From an uncultured Actinomycetes bacterium (GTDB lineage: Bacteria; Actinomycetota; UBA4738; JBBDTT01): a DNA stretch of 64,000 nt. Made by a program: the position numbers and the translations under genes. The stretch spans positions 64,001 through 128,000 of the forward strand of contig CAVUMN010000004.1 in assembly GCA_963742735.1 (NCBI GenBank). Reading direction: 5' to 3'. Positions 8,799 through 18,132 of the stretch are shown one piece after another (within the stretch, counting starts at the first letter, position 1; each line of letters begins with the position of its first letter). The notes beneath the pieces were generated by a model. It did no database searches and was not told where the DNA came from. It saw only the letters and a program-made list of their open reading frames with translations.

Positions 8799-10559
8799 TC
8801 AGGCGCCCGTGCGGATCGGCACGAACACCGTGGAGGGGTAGCTCGGACCGACCAGCAGCTCGCTCGGAAACGCGCCGTCCTGGGACACCACCTTCCGGGT
8901 GTCCGCGGACTGGACGAGCAGCCCCAACCGGTGTCCGGCCGCGAGCCGGTATGACGACGGCCAGATCTCGACGTCGAGCCTGTAGGGCTCGCCGGGGACC
9001 AGCGACTCCGGGCGGTCGTGGGGGTGCCAGAGGTACGGGCGCCGCGGATCCACGCGCCGATGGGAGGCCTTCAGCCACCCGCGGGCGATCACCCGGGTCG
9101 CATCGGGTCCCACGTCGACCAGCCGGACCACCCAGTCGGCGTCCGTCCACTGGCTCGTGGCCCACAGCCGCGCGCGGACTGAGCCCGTCACCACGGCGGC
9201 CTCCTCGAGGACCGGGCCGAGGAACGCCGCGGCGGCCGCGTCCAGCCGCTGGTCCTTCGGGTCGTTGTACGGGTTCGCCCCCGCGACGGCGTCGTGCGTG
9301 ACCGACGCCGCTCCGGTCGCCTCGACCGGGACGCCCGGGACGGGGACCGACGCATCGCTCTCGCACCTCGTGGCGAGCGTCCCTCGGATCGGCCAGGGCG
9401 CCTCCGCGGACGGCGCCTCGCCGCCGGGGCCGCACAGGGCGAGCGCCGCATCGCGGTGGGGCGGCGGCCAGGACCGGAAGCTCCGCCACTCGCCGTTCCA
9501 CGGCCCGAAGGTCGCGGTCGACGACGGGTCCACGTCGAACACGCGAACGGGAGGGACCTTCGCGAACTTCGCCCGCATCCGCCGGGGGTCGGGCGTGCGC
9601 AGGAAGATGTCGAACCACCGAACCGAGTCCGCGAGCAGGAGCTCGAGGGGCTCGTCGCCCGCCCCGCCCAGGTGCCCCCAGGGCCCCAGGACGAGCGCCT
9701 TGTGGCGCGAGCCGGCCGTCAGGTAGCCGAGCGCCGCGGCGCGCGGATAGATGTCGTCCCAGCCGGACCAGAACAGCGCGGGAACACGGATCCGCTCCGC
9801 GTGCAGGGTGCGCTCCCGCCAGTAGCTGTCGTACAGCCGGTGTGCGGCCCCAATGGCCAGCGTGCCGAGGCCTTCCGCCTGCGCGGACGGATCGACCGCG
9901 CTCCTGGCGGCCCGTTCGGGCGACGCCTCCGGCCCCGGCTTGACCAGGGCATGGAAGGCGAGCCAGCCGACCAGCCCCGTGTCCTCCGACGCCTGCATCC
10001 CGCCGGGGAAGAACACGTCCCGGTACGGGTCGTTGAACGAGGACGCGGGGACGATCGCCCGCAGGTGCGGTGGCCGCATGGCCGCCACCAGAGCCGCCAT
10101 GTTCCCGGGGTAGGAGTAGCCCCACATGCCGATCCGGCCGTCGCTCCACGGCTGCAGCGCCGCCCACTCGACGGCGTCGTACCCGTCGCGGACCTCGCGC
10201 CGAGAGGACAACCCGTACGCGCCGTTCGACGCGCCGCTGCCGCGGATATCCACGAGCAGCCCCGCGAAGCCGGCCTCGGCGAACCTCGCCATGGCCCCGC
10301 GCTCGAACCGGGTCGGGTCGTCCTTGCGGTACGGGAAGTACACGACGATCGTCGGCAGCGGCGCGCGCACGACGCCGTCCACGGCCGGCTGGTACAGGTC
10401 CCCGTAGAGCTCGCCCCCCGAGGACATGGGGATCGCCAGGTCGCGCGTGCGAACCACGGTCACCGTCGCGGCCGGCGCCGGGGCGGCGGGGACGACCGAC
10501 ACGAGCAGCGCCAGGACGAGCGTGGTCAGCAGCGCGCGCGAATGCCGATGCAGACGCAT
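8799..10559 (-). CDS. Secreted CocE/NonD family hydrolase (peptidase S15)
   Basis: Signal peptide; DIRGSGAS; nucleophile GYSYPG; GWDD; GPWGH; C-terminal jelly-roll domain. Confidence 0.9.
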   Translation of the reverse strand: MRLHRHSRALLTTLVLALLVSVVPAAPAPAATVTVVRTRDLAIPMSSGGELYGDLYQPAVDGVVRAPLPTIVVYFPYRKDDPTRFERGAMARFAEAGFAGLLVDIRGSGASNGAYGLSSRREVRDGYDAVEWAALQPWSDGRIGMWGYSYPGNMAALVAAMRPPHLRAIVPASSFNDPYRDVFFPGGMQASEDTGLVGWLAFHALVKPGPEASPERAARSAVDPSAQAEGLGTLAIGAAHRLYDSYWRERTLHAERIRVPALFWSGWDDIYPRAAALGYLTAGSRHKALVLGPWGHLGGAGDEPLELLLADSVRWFDIFLRTPDPRRMRAKFAKVPPVRVFDVDPSSTATFGPWNGEWRSFRSWPPPHRDAALALCGPGGEAPSAEAPWPIRGTLATRCESDASVPVPGVPVEATGAASVTHDAVAGANPYNDPKDQRLDAAAAAFLGPVLEEAAVVTGSVRARLWATSQWTDADWVVRLVDVGPDATRVIARGWLKASHRRVDPRRPYLWHPHDRPESLVPGEPYRLDVEIWPSSYRLAAGHRLGLLVQSADTRKVVSQDGAFPSELLVGPSYPSTVFVPIRTGA

Positions 10560-10619
10560 GAATATCGAGCTTTCGACAGTGATCGCCCGGACGCCTGCCG
10601 ACGTGTCCGAAGCCGGGCC

Positions 10620-12047
10620 TCAGGCTGCCGGGGAGATGTTGCGGTTCACGCGGAACAAGTTGCCGGGGTCGTACTCCGCCTTGACGCGCTGGAGGCGCTC
10701 GTAGTTGTCGCGATAGGCATCGGCGGTCCGGCCCGCATCGTCCTCGGCCAACTGGAAGTTGACGTAGTTCCCGCCGGTCGAGAACGGCCGAATAGCCTCC
10801 CACGCATCCCGGGCCCAGGCCACGTGTGCGTCCGGGCTGGTGCCCGGCGGCCATGTGCCGGAGAAGCCGCTGACGTACCGGGCGTCGCGATTGCCGACCG
10901 CCCCGTCGTCGTCATCGCGCTCGTTCAGCGCGCCGGCCAGGTGGAAGATGATCGACTGCGACAGCGGCGAAGTCACCCTCAGGCCACCGTCGCGGAAGGT
11001 GTCGAGGAACTCGGGCGGAAGGCCCGGCAGGAACTCAGTCTTCCAATAGCGGTGCAGACCGTGGGGCTCCAAGGCGTTGAGCATCGACTGTTGTGCCGCG
11101 TACGGCTTCTCGGTGATGAGGTCGACGATCGGGTCCCCGAGCGCGCGAATCGCGGCGAGGTCGGCCTCCGCGTCTGCGCCGCTGTGGCACACGATCATCG
11201 TGCTGACGGGCTTGCCGTGCCACTCCTGGGGCAGGAACGGGGCCGGCGGGGCGAGTCGCACGGTCGTGGCGGCGGTCAGCTCGCGCGGCGCCGACTCGGT
11301 GAGCGCGCGGTAGGTGGCGAGCACGTCGTCGGCCCGGTCGGCGCTCCACATGATGAGCCCGCCGGTGATCGTCGGGCCGACCTCGTGCAGGCGAAACGAG
11401 AACCGGGTGACCACGCCGAAGTTGCCGCCCCCACCCCTGAGCGCCCAGAACAGCTCGGCGTTCTCGTCGCGGCTCGCGGTCCGGATTTCGCCGTCCGCGG
11501 TGACGATCTCGACCTCCTGGAGGTTGTCGACCGCCCAGCCGAACCGGCGCGTCAGGTAGCCGAAGCCACCCCCCAGCGTCAGGCCGGCGACGCCGGTCTC
11601 GGACACGAACCCGAGCACCGTCGCCAGCCCGTGCTGCTGGGTCGCCTCGTCGACGTCCTTGAGCAAACATCCCGGCCCGACGTGTGCGACCTTGGCGTCA
11701 GGATCGACGGCGACGTTCCGCATGCGGGACATGTCGAGCGTAAGGCCGCCCTCGACCATCGAGGTTCCGGCGATGTTGTGTCCACCGCCCTTGACACTCA
11801 GCAGCAGGCCGCGTTCGCGCGCGAAGCTGACGGCCTCGCTGACGTCGCGGACCGAGGTCGGCTGCAGGACGAGGGCGGGGGTGGTGGCCGCCGTGCCGTT
11901 CCAGATCAGCACGGCATCGTCCCAGCCCTCGTCGCCCTCACGGAGCAACGAACCCTTGACTCGCGCATCCAGGTCGTCGAGCTGGCTCGAGGCCAGGCTG
12001 ACGTGACCGCCCTCGAGCCCCGCCATCTCGATGGCTCCCGCGCTCAT
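10620..12047 (-). CDS. FAD-linked oxidoreductase (VAO/PCMH family with BBE domain)
   Basis: KGGGHN (covalent FAD His), GLTLGGGFG, LFWALRGGGGNFGVVT, YVNF..RLQRVKAEYDPGNLF. Confidence 0.92.
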   Translation of the reverse strand: MSAGAIEMAGLEGGHVSLASSQLDDLDARVKGSLLREGDEGWDDAVLIWNGTAATTPALVLQPTSVRDVSEAVSFARERGLLLSVKGGGHNIAGTSMVEGGLTLDMSRMRNVAVDPDAKVAHVGPGCLLKDVDEATQQHGLATVLGFVSETGVAGLTLGGGFGYLTRRFGWAVDNLQEVEIVTADGEIRTASRDENAELFWALRGGGGNFGVVTRFSFRLHEVGPTITGGLIMWSADRADDVLATYRALTESAPRELTAATTVRLAPPAPFLPQEWHGKPVSTMIVCHSGADAEADLAAIRALGDPIVDLITEKPYAAQQSMLNALEPHGLHRYWKTEFLPGLPPEFLDTFRDGGLRVTSPLSQSIIFHLAGALNERDDDDGAVGNRDARYVSGFSGTWPPGTSPDAHVAWARDAWEAIRPFSTGGNYVNFQLAEDDAGRTADAYRDNYERLQRVKAEYDPGNLFRVNRNISPAA

Positions 12048-12121
12048 CGCCGCCTCCTTGCAACGCCGATCATCATGCTCCAAACGGTCTGAAGGGCTTC
12101 GAAAGGCCGCGAAGAGGAGCA

Positions 12122-12136
12122 GTGGAGGTGAGGGGA
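12122..12136 (-). repeat. 15-bp direct repeat of the tRNA-Ala 3' end (att-like site)
   Basis: GTGGAGGTGAGGGGA occurs at 12122-12136 and at 15778-15792. Confidence 0.75.
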
Positions 12137-12195
12137 CTGCTTCCTAAACCGTGAATAGGCCCGCCTGGTTCGCGCCCCCACCGCCATCTATGACC

Positions 12196-12689
12196 TCACT
12201 GCATCTCGTCCAAGATCTTGAGGAATTCCTGTTTCGATATACGATCCCCGACGACGCCGTAGCGCACACAGGGGATCATCTCTTCTTCCCAGGATGCAAT
12301 GGCTCGGTCTTCGTTCTCGTAGAAGGAGGCCGTTGCTGTATGCCCGCGGACCTCGACCATCTGCGTTTCGGTTGGGTTCGGCCCGCATCGATCGCAAATC
12401 CCCCAGCCACTAAAGTCAGCCCTCGTCCAGCTTGGTCAGAACTCTCGTAGCGGACCACGACCTGGTGGTAGTCGTCGGACATCTCCACGATCTCTCGGGA
12501 ATCCTCCTGCAGATCCGCCGGCAGAAACCCAAGGTGGAGTTCGGGGCAAGCACGACGGCTTGGGGCCTTCTGGCTGGTCGCGGCGGGCGAGGACGGCCGT
12601 ACGGGGGGATCGCCACTTCCCGTGCAGGCCGCCATGAGTACCAAGCCCACGACAGCAGCGCGGCCCCCGGCGCTCGGAGGAACGACCAT
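12196..12689 (-). pseudogene. Frameshifted lipoprotein gene
   Basis: Lipobox LMAAC. After ..GGFAIDAG (about 12385) the protein-like reading continues in another frame: PNPTETQMVEVRGHTATASFYENEDRAIASWEEEMIPCVRYGVVGDRISKQEFLKILDEMQ*. Confidence 0.55.
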
Positions 12690-12735
12690 TCGATCGCCCT
12701 GCGGCCCTGCTTCAAGTTCACGGTAGCCTGAAGCC

Positions 12736-14181
12736 GTGAGGCATGTCTCCGCTCCTCTGAGCGCCAGGCATGGATCACCGGACACGAGGACGGGACCGGC
12801 TGTGGACGGAGACGGGCCGAAGGATAACGATCGTCCGAAGTCACGGCTCCGGGCGCCCTGGTCCCAGACCGAACGGCGGATACCTCGTTCGATCGTGCAG
12901 CCACTGCAATCTTTCCTTTCGACGGAGCGCGCGGGGGCCATCCTGCTGCTGGCAGCCGCCGTGGCGGCGTTGGCGTGGGCCAACTCCCCCTGGAACGAGA
13001 GCTACGACCGCCTGTGGGCCACCCCCCTGACCATCAGGCTCGGGTCCTGGTCGGTTTCGGAGGACCTGCGCCATTGGATCAACGACGCCCTGATGGCCGT
13101 CTTCTTCTATGTCGTCGGTCTGGAGATCAAGCGGGAGCTGGTGACCGGTGAGCTGCGCGACCGGCGCGCCGCGGTCCTTCCCATCGTGGCGGCGCTCGGT
13201 GGAATGGTCGTGCCCGCGCTCCTCTACCTCGCCTTCAACGCGGGGGGCGAGGGAGCGAACGGGTGGGGAGTGCCCATGGCTACCGACATCGCCTTCGCGG
13301 TTGGGGTGCTGGCCATCGTCGGCAAGGGGTTGCCAGGGAGTCTGAAGGCCTTCCTGCTCACCCTCGCCATCGTGGACGACATCGGGGCCATCGTGGTCAT
13401 CGCCATCTTCTATTCGGGTGGCGTCGCCATCGTGCCGCTGGGACTGGCCCTGGCGGGGCTCGGCCTGATCGTGGTCCTGCAACGGCTCGAGGTCCGATGG
13501 ACCGTCGTGTACGTGGTCCTGGGCATTGCCGTGTGGCTTGCGACGTTCGAGTCCGGCGTGCACGCCACCATCGCCGGGGTGGCGCTGGGGCTGATGACAC
13601 CGGCTACCCCATTCCAGCGTCCTCGAGCGGTGAGCGACGAAGCACGACGCGTCGCGGATCAGACCATGGACGATCCCGCTCCGCCCGACGCGGATGCCGA
13701 CAGCTGGCTCTCCCTGGCGGCGCTGTCCCGAGAAGCCGTTTCCCCACTGGCCCGGGCGGAGCACCTGCTCCACCCGTGGACGAGCTACCTGGTGATCCCG
13801 CTGTTCGCCCTGGCCAATGCGGGCGTGTCGCTCGGCGGTGCGGCCCTGCGGAGCGCCCTGACCTCCCCGGTAGCCGTCGGGATCGTGATGGGCCTCGTTC
13901 TGGGGAAGACCTTGGGCATCGGCCTCACCACGCTCGCGGCAACTCGAACCGGGCTCGCCCGGCTGCCCGAAGGCGTTACGCACCTCCACCTCTTGGGTGT
14001 GGCCGCGATCGCGGGCATCGGGTTCACCGTGTCCTTGTTCATCACCGGACTTGCCTTCCGTGATCCCGCCGTTCAGGCCGCCGCCAAGGTGGGCATCCTG
14101 GTCGCATCGGTGCTTGCCGGGTGCCTCGGATCGATCATCTTGATCCTGGCGCGGCGATCCGCCAGCGGTGCCCGGGACTGA
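12736..14181 (+). CDS. nhaA: Na+/H+ antiporter NhaA
   Basis: HWINDALMAVFF..GLEIKRE, GWGVPMATDIAFA, LAIVDDIGA, PLFALANAG, GIGFTVSLFI. Start at 12736 or 12802. Confidence 0.95.
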   Translation: MRHVSAPLSARHGSPDTRTGPAVDGDGPKDNDRPKSRLRAPWSQTERRIPRSIVQPLQSFLSTERAGAILLLAAAVAALAWANSPWNESYDRLWATPLTIRLGSWSVSEDLRHWINDALMAVFFYVVGLEIKRELVTGELRDRRAAVLPIVAALGGMVVPALLYLAFNAGGEGANGWGVPMATDIAFAVGVLAIVGKGLPGSLKAFLLTLAIVDDIGAIVVIAIFYSGGVAIVPLGLALAGLGLIVVLQRLEVRWTVVYVVLGIAVWLATFESGVHATIAGVALGLMTPATPFQRPRAVSDEARRVADQTMDDPAPPDADADSWLSLAALSREAVSPLARAEHLLHPWTSYLVIPLFALANAGVSLGGAALRSALTSPVAVGIVMGLVLGKTLGIGLTTLAATRTGLARLPEGVTHLHLLGVAAIAGIGFTVSLFITGLAFRDPAVQAAAKVGILVASVLAGCLGSIILILARRSASGARD

Positions 14182-14194
14182 AGGGGTCGGTGCG

Positions 14195-15688
14195 ATGGCT
14201 CGGCGCTCGACGCTGAGGCCGGAGCGCAGCTCCGAGACGCGGATGCGGGTGCTCTCGCGGCTTGGGCGATGGCTGGTGGTTGCCGCAGTGGGACTCGCCG
14301 GCGGGTGGGTCGGTCTGAGCCTCCTGGGGGTCGATCGTCAAACGCTTGGACCCTTCACGGTGGCGCTGCAGACCCGTCCGGGGTACCCCGCCACCGTGTT
14401 CGCGCTTCCTCCGCTCGGCCGGATCGAAGCCTCGACCCATCGTTCGCCCCTGAAGCTGAGCGTCACGCTGCGGGCCATCGATCCCGATGAGCTGCAGGCC
14501 GCGTTGCGCGGCTCCTCGATTGAGGAGGTGACGGCGCGCCTGCAGCGAGACGTACCGGGCATCGTTCGATCCCACGCCCTGCGCAGCTTCGGAGCGGTCG
14601 GAGCGGGCGCGCTCGCCCTGTCCATCCTGGTCTTTCGGAAGCGCTGGCGACGGGTGGTGGCCGCGACGGCCGTGAGTGGCGGGACGTTCCTGGCCCTCGC
14701 GCTCCTGGCGCTCGCGAGCTATCGGCCGGCCGCCTTCCTCGAGCCCACGTTTCACGGCTCGCTTCAGCTCGCGCCTCCACTGATCGGGTCCCTCGAAGCG
14801 GCCGGTACCAGGATCGACGAGTTTCGCGAGGCACTCGAGCGGCTGGTTGGAACGGCGACGCACGCCTACTCGGTCGTGACGAACACGCAACCCGCGTCCG
14901 GCGCCACCGTGATCCTCCACGTGACGGATCTGCATTCCTCCCAGCTCGGGATCGACTTCGTCCAGAACGTGGCGACCAGCTTCGACGTCGATGCGGTGGT
15001 GGACACGGGAGATCTCACCGCGTTCGGCACACCGCTCGAGGCCGCGGTGCTCAGCCAGATCCGGAACCTGGGCCGTCCCTACGTGTTCGTGCGCGGGAAC
15101 CACGACACGGCGGCCGTCGACCGAGCGATCGAGCGGCTCCCGGAGGGCGTGGTCCTCGACAACGAGGAGACCACCATCGAGGGCGTACGGATCTACGGAG
15201 CGCCGCACCCCGTCGAGCGGGCCTCCGAAGGCACCATCCCGGACCAGGAGTTCGCGAGCCGCGTGTCCGAAGCCGGTCGAGATCTCGCCGATCGTATCGG
15301 CACGCTTTCGGAGCCGCCCCAGATCCTGCTCGTGCACGACGACCGGATGGCCGAGGCTTCGGCCGGCCTGGTTCCGCTCGTGCTGAGCGGGCACTTCCAC
15401 CATCACGGAGAGCGCGAGCTCGGCGGCACGATCTACCTTCGAGGCGGCGCCGCCTCCGGCGGTGGGCTCCTCGAGCCGTTCTCGCCGCAGGACGTCAACC
15501 TCCTGTCCGTGGAAGTGATCTACATCGAGGAAGGGCGACTCGTCGCCTACGACACGATCCAGTTCGATGTCGTGGCCGAGGAGGTGACCGTTCGGCGCCA
15601 CCTGGTCGCCGCGCTGCCGGAGACGTCGCCAACCCCGGCGGCCGCTGATTCTGCAAGGTCGTCTTTTTCGCCGCAACGATCGCCGTAG
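14195..15688 (+). CDS. Membrane-anchored metallophosphoesterase
   Basis: N-terminal TM helices; motifs DLH, GDLT, GNHD, VH, GHFH all present. Confidence 0.85.
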   Translation: MARRSTLRPERSSETRMRVLSRLGRWLVVAAVGLAGGWVGLSLLGVDRQTLGPFTVALQTRPGYPATVFALPPLGRIEASTHRSPLKLSVTLRAIDPDELQAALRGSSIEEVTARLQRDVPGIVRSHALRSFGAVGAGALALSILVFRKRWRRVVAATAVSGGTFLALALLALASYRPAAFLEPTFHGSLQLAPPLIGSLEAAGTRIDEFREALERLVGTATHAYSVVTNTQPASGATVILHVTDLHSSQLGIDFVQNVATSFDVDAVVDTGDLTAFGTPLEAAVLSQIRNLGRPYVFVRGNHDTAAVDRAIERLPEGVVLDNEETTIEGVRIYGAPHPVERASEGTIPDQEFASRVSEAGRDLADRIGTLSEPPQILLVHDDRMAEASAGLVPLVLSGHFHHHGERELGGTIYLRGGAASGGGLLEPFSPQDVNLLSVEVIYIEEGRLVAYDTIQFDVVAEEVTVRRHLVAALPETSPTPAAADSARSSFSPQRSP

Positions 15689-15750
15689 GCGTGACCAACG
15701 ACCCACACGAGGCTCGGAGGCGAAGAAGGGCGACACTCACGCGGAGAACG

Positions 15751-15776
15751 GCTTGGCAGAGCCAAGCAAGCCAAGC
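15751..15776 (-). terminator. Hairpin just downstream of tRNA-Ala
   Basis: GCTTGGC-aga-GCCAAGC, with a second GCCAAGC copy; no clear U-tract. Confidence 0.35.
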
Positions 15777-15778
15777 TG

Positions 15779-15852
15779 TGGAGGTGAGGGGATTTGAACC
15801 CCTGGCCTCTGCAGTGCGAGTGCAGCGCTCTACCGGACTGAGCTACACCCCC
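15779..15852 (-). tRNA. tRNA-Ala (anticodon CGC)
   Basis: GGGGGTGTAGCTCAGTCCGGTAGAGCGCTGCACT-CGC-ACTGCAGAGGCCAGGGGTTCAAATCCCCTCACCTCCA; G3:U70 pair; CCA not encoded. Confidence 0.97.
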
Positions 15853-15877
15853 CAAGACGGCCGAGTGTAGCGGAGGC

Positions 15878-16390
15878 TCAGCTCCGGCCGGCCTGGCCCA
15901 TGCGGAACCGGACCCAGTACAGCTGGGCGGCGTCGGAGGCGGCCGGGTCGAGCGAGGCAAGGATCGTGTACAGATCGCCGTGGTGGGCCACCTCGTGGAG
16001 CAGCACGTGCATGAGGATGTCGCCGACCGTCGTCGTGAACTCTCGCTTCGGCAGATGCACCGGCTCCTGCCATCGCGGGATCCACTCCCGGAAGCGCGCG
16101 CGGACCTCCTGCCCTCGATCCAGGATGCTGTCCATGTCGGGAAACCGCTCGGGCACGTAGATCTCGGCCTCGAGGTCGACGTCGCGGCCCACGATGTCGA
16201 CCTCCATCCAGTCCTCCTCGACCATGACCACGTGGATCACCGTGTCGCGTAGCGAGCCGTGGCCGACGGGCGCGGCGCCCGCGGTGATCGGGCGGTCCCA
16301 GCCGCCCGGGGGCACCATCGCCCACGCTCGCCGCAGACGCTCGCGCCAGGCCTCGGTGTAAGCGCAGAGATCGAGGAGCGCGGCTTCCAT
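15878..16390 (-). CDS. DinB family protein
   Basis: SLRDTVIHVVMVE..ILMHVLLHEVAHHGD (His triad). Confidence 0.85.
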   Translation of the reverse strand: MEAALLDLCAYTEAWRERLRRAWAMVPPGGWDRPITAGAAPVGHGSLRDTVIHVVMVEEDWMEVDIVGRDVDLEAEIYVPERFPDMDSILDRGQEVRARFREWIPRWQEPVHLPKREFTTTVGDILMHVLLHEVAHHGDLYTILASLDPAASDAAQLYWVRFRMGQAGRS

Positions 16391-16392
16391 CG

Positions 16393-16902
16393 TCAGGAGG
16401 TCGCTCGCGCGCCGAGTCCGGACGCGAGCCGCATTTCCTGTCCTCCACGCCAGAGCTGAAAACCGATGGGGAGGCCGCCACTTCGCACCACCAGCCGACC
16501 TCCTCCGAGCCATCCCGGTCGCCACCGTTCCAGCTGGAGTACGCCGCGTTCGTAGGCCCCGACGAGCTCGGCGGAGGGTCGCCCGGAGTATCGGGCCCCT
16601 AGGAGCAACAAGCGGCGGTCGGTCAGAACGAGGTGAACCACCCGCCCGAAGACCCACTGCCACAGGCCGAGGGCGATGGCGAAAGCAACGCCGGTGACGA
16701 CCGAGTCCAGGATGGTTCGCTCGGCTCCGGTGTATCGGCGGTAGCCAGCCAGAACGCCTACGAGGGCGGCCGCAGGGAGGAGTGCGGCCCATAACGGGAA
16801 CCCCTTGACCCCGGACGCGGTCGCCTGAATCTCTTCGCCTGGCTGCAGGTGGGTGCTGACGGCCTCGTGTACCTGTTGGTTCCTTCGTTCCAAACGCCCC
16901 AC
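16393..16902 (-). CDS. Hypothetical 2-TM protein with PH-like domain
   Basis: HLQPGEEI, two hydrophobic helices, LVLTDRRLLL. Confidence 0.6.
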   Translation of the reverse strand: MGRLERRNQQVHEAVSTHLQPGEEIQATASGVKGFPLWAALLPAAALVGVLAGYRRYTGAERTILDSVVTGVAFAIALGLWQWVFGRVVHLVLTDRRLLLLGARYSGRPSAELVGAYERGVLQLERWRPGWLGGGRLVVRSGGLPIGFQLWRGGQEMRLASGLGARATS

Positions 16903-16908
16903 CCTCGC

Positions 16909-17532
16909 CTACCCGTCCTCCGCGTGGCGCTCGAGGGCGTCGCGGAGGTCCTTCTGCACGAGCGAGGTGGTCAGGTCGCCCCGCGTCTTCTCCAGGATGC
17001 TTCGCGCGACGTCGGTGATCCGGCGGAGGTTGCCGGTGATCGCGTCGGGATAGTCCATCGAGACGAGCACGTGATACACGTCCTCCATCGCGCCGAGCAG
17101 GCGCTCGCCCTCCTCGGCCTCGCCGCGGCGCAGCAGGTCCAGGATCGCCCGCCGGCCCTCGCCGATGGCCTCGGCCATCCCGTTCAGATACGGCGCCAGC
17201 CCCACCTTCAGGTCGTCGGGCCCGGGGAACTCGGCCCCGGTGACGATGGCCGCGGTCAGCCGCGCCTCCACGTACTCCTTCTCGGCGTCGGCCAGGAACC
17301 CGGCGTGGCGGATCTCCGGGTGCGCCGACAGGGCCTGGTCGGCCTCGCGGACGGCCTCCTCGGCCTCGGACATGAGGCGCGAGGCGTCGTCCATCTCGCC
17401 ACGGTGGATGGCCCGGATGGCGTTCGCGCTCGAGCGGATGGCCCGGCGGGACGCCGACAGCCCGATCTCGCGGGCGGCCATGACCTCGTCGAAGCGACGA
17501 TGGAACTCGTCGGAGAGCCCGCTCAGGTCCAC
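16909..17532 (-). CDS. Translin/TRAX family protein
   Basis: AREIGLSASRRAIRSSANAIRAIHRG, EKEYVEA, YLNGMAEAIGEGRR, LRRITDVARSILEKTRGD. Confidence 0.88.
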   Translation of the reverse strand: MDLSGLSDEFHRRFDEVMAAREIGLSASRRAIRSSANAIRAIHRGEMDDASRLMSEAEEAVREADQALSAHPEIRHAGFLADAEKEYVEARLTAAIVTGAEFPGPDDLKVGLAPYLNGMAEAIGEGRRAILDLLRRGEAEEGERLLGAMEDVYHVLVSMDYPDAITGNLRRITDVARSILEKTRGDLTTSLVQKDLRDALERHAEDG

Positions 17533-17551
17533 GCGGGCAACGTTACAGGGG

Positions 17552-18097
17552 CTAGCGGGCGGCGTAGACCCGGACGTTCGAGGGCATCTCGAACGCGGGC
17601 TCGAGCAGCTGCGAGGCGGCCCGGCGGCGCTGGAGGATCCGAAGCTCGTTCTCCAGGATCTCGGGCTCCTCGTAGACCGGGACGGCCCGTTTCGGGGCGT
17701 TCGCCACGTCGGCCTCGAACTGGGCCTTCAGCTTCAGGAGCATCGCCATGTAGGCGACCAGGAGCCCGGCGATGAGCGCGGACCCGATCCACATGAGCCG
17801 GAGCGGCGGGAACAGGCCGATGAGCGTCACGATCCCGAGGGCCTCGATCATGACCGTGAACACGGCACGGCGACGATCGCGCGCACGGACGTACGCACGG
17901 GCGCCGGAGCCAAGGAATCGTTCGTCCTTGCTGGGTACCAGGACCCACCGACCGGGGTGCTGTTCGGTGTCTGCGAGCATCTGCAAGCCTCGGTTGAAAT
18001 CCCTGACGCTTTCGCGGGGTGACGTTCCTCGATGTGGGGGCGTGAGGAGCAGGGCTACCCAGATGATGCCCAACCCGCCAAGAAAAAGCCAGTCCAA
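17552..18097 (-). CDS. 3-TM membrane protein at the genomic position of SepX/GlpR
   Basis: TTG start with GGGGAGAGG RBS; N-terminal TM (IIWVALLLTP), Arg-rich RARDRRR, two TMs ending AYMAML; lies between moeA and tRNA-Ala. Confidence 0.7.
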   Translation of the reverse strand: MDWLFLGGLGIIWVALLLTPPHRGTSPRESVRDFNRGLQMLADTEQHPGRWVLVPSKDERFLGSGARAYVRARDRRRAVFTVMIEALGIVTLIGLFPPLRLMWIGSALIAGLLVAYMAMLLKLKAQFEADVANAPKRAVPVYEEPEILENELRILQRRRAASQLLEPAFEMPSNVRVYAAR

Positions 18098-18132
18098 CGG
18101 CCTCTCCCCCAGTGGTCGTCTTCCCGGTCCGA

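Larger units (their letters stand above)
12122..15792. mobile_element. Integrase-less genomic islet inserted at tRNA-Ala(CGC)
   Basis: Flanked by the 15-bp tRNA-end repeat; visibly more A/T-rich at 12150-12720; accessory cargo. Confidence 0.55.

Noticed and set aside
12151-12450. 99-aa + strand ORF in the A/T-richer patch
   Set aside because: Antisense to the frameshifted lipoprotein; no RBS or motif.
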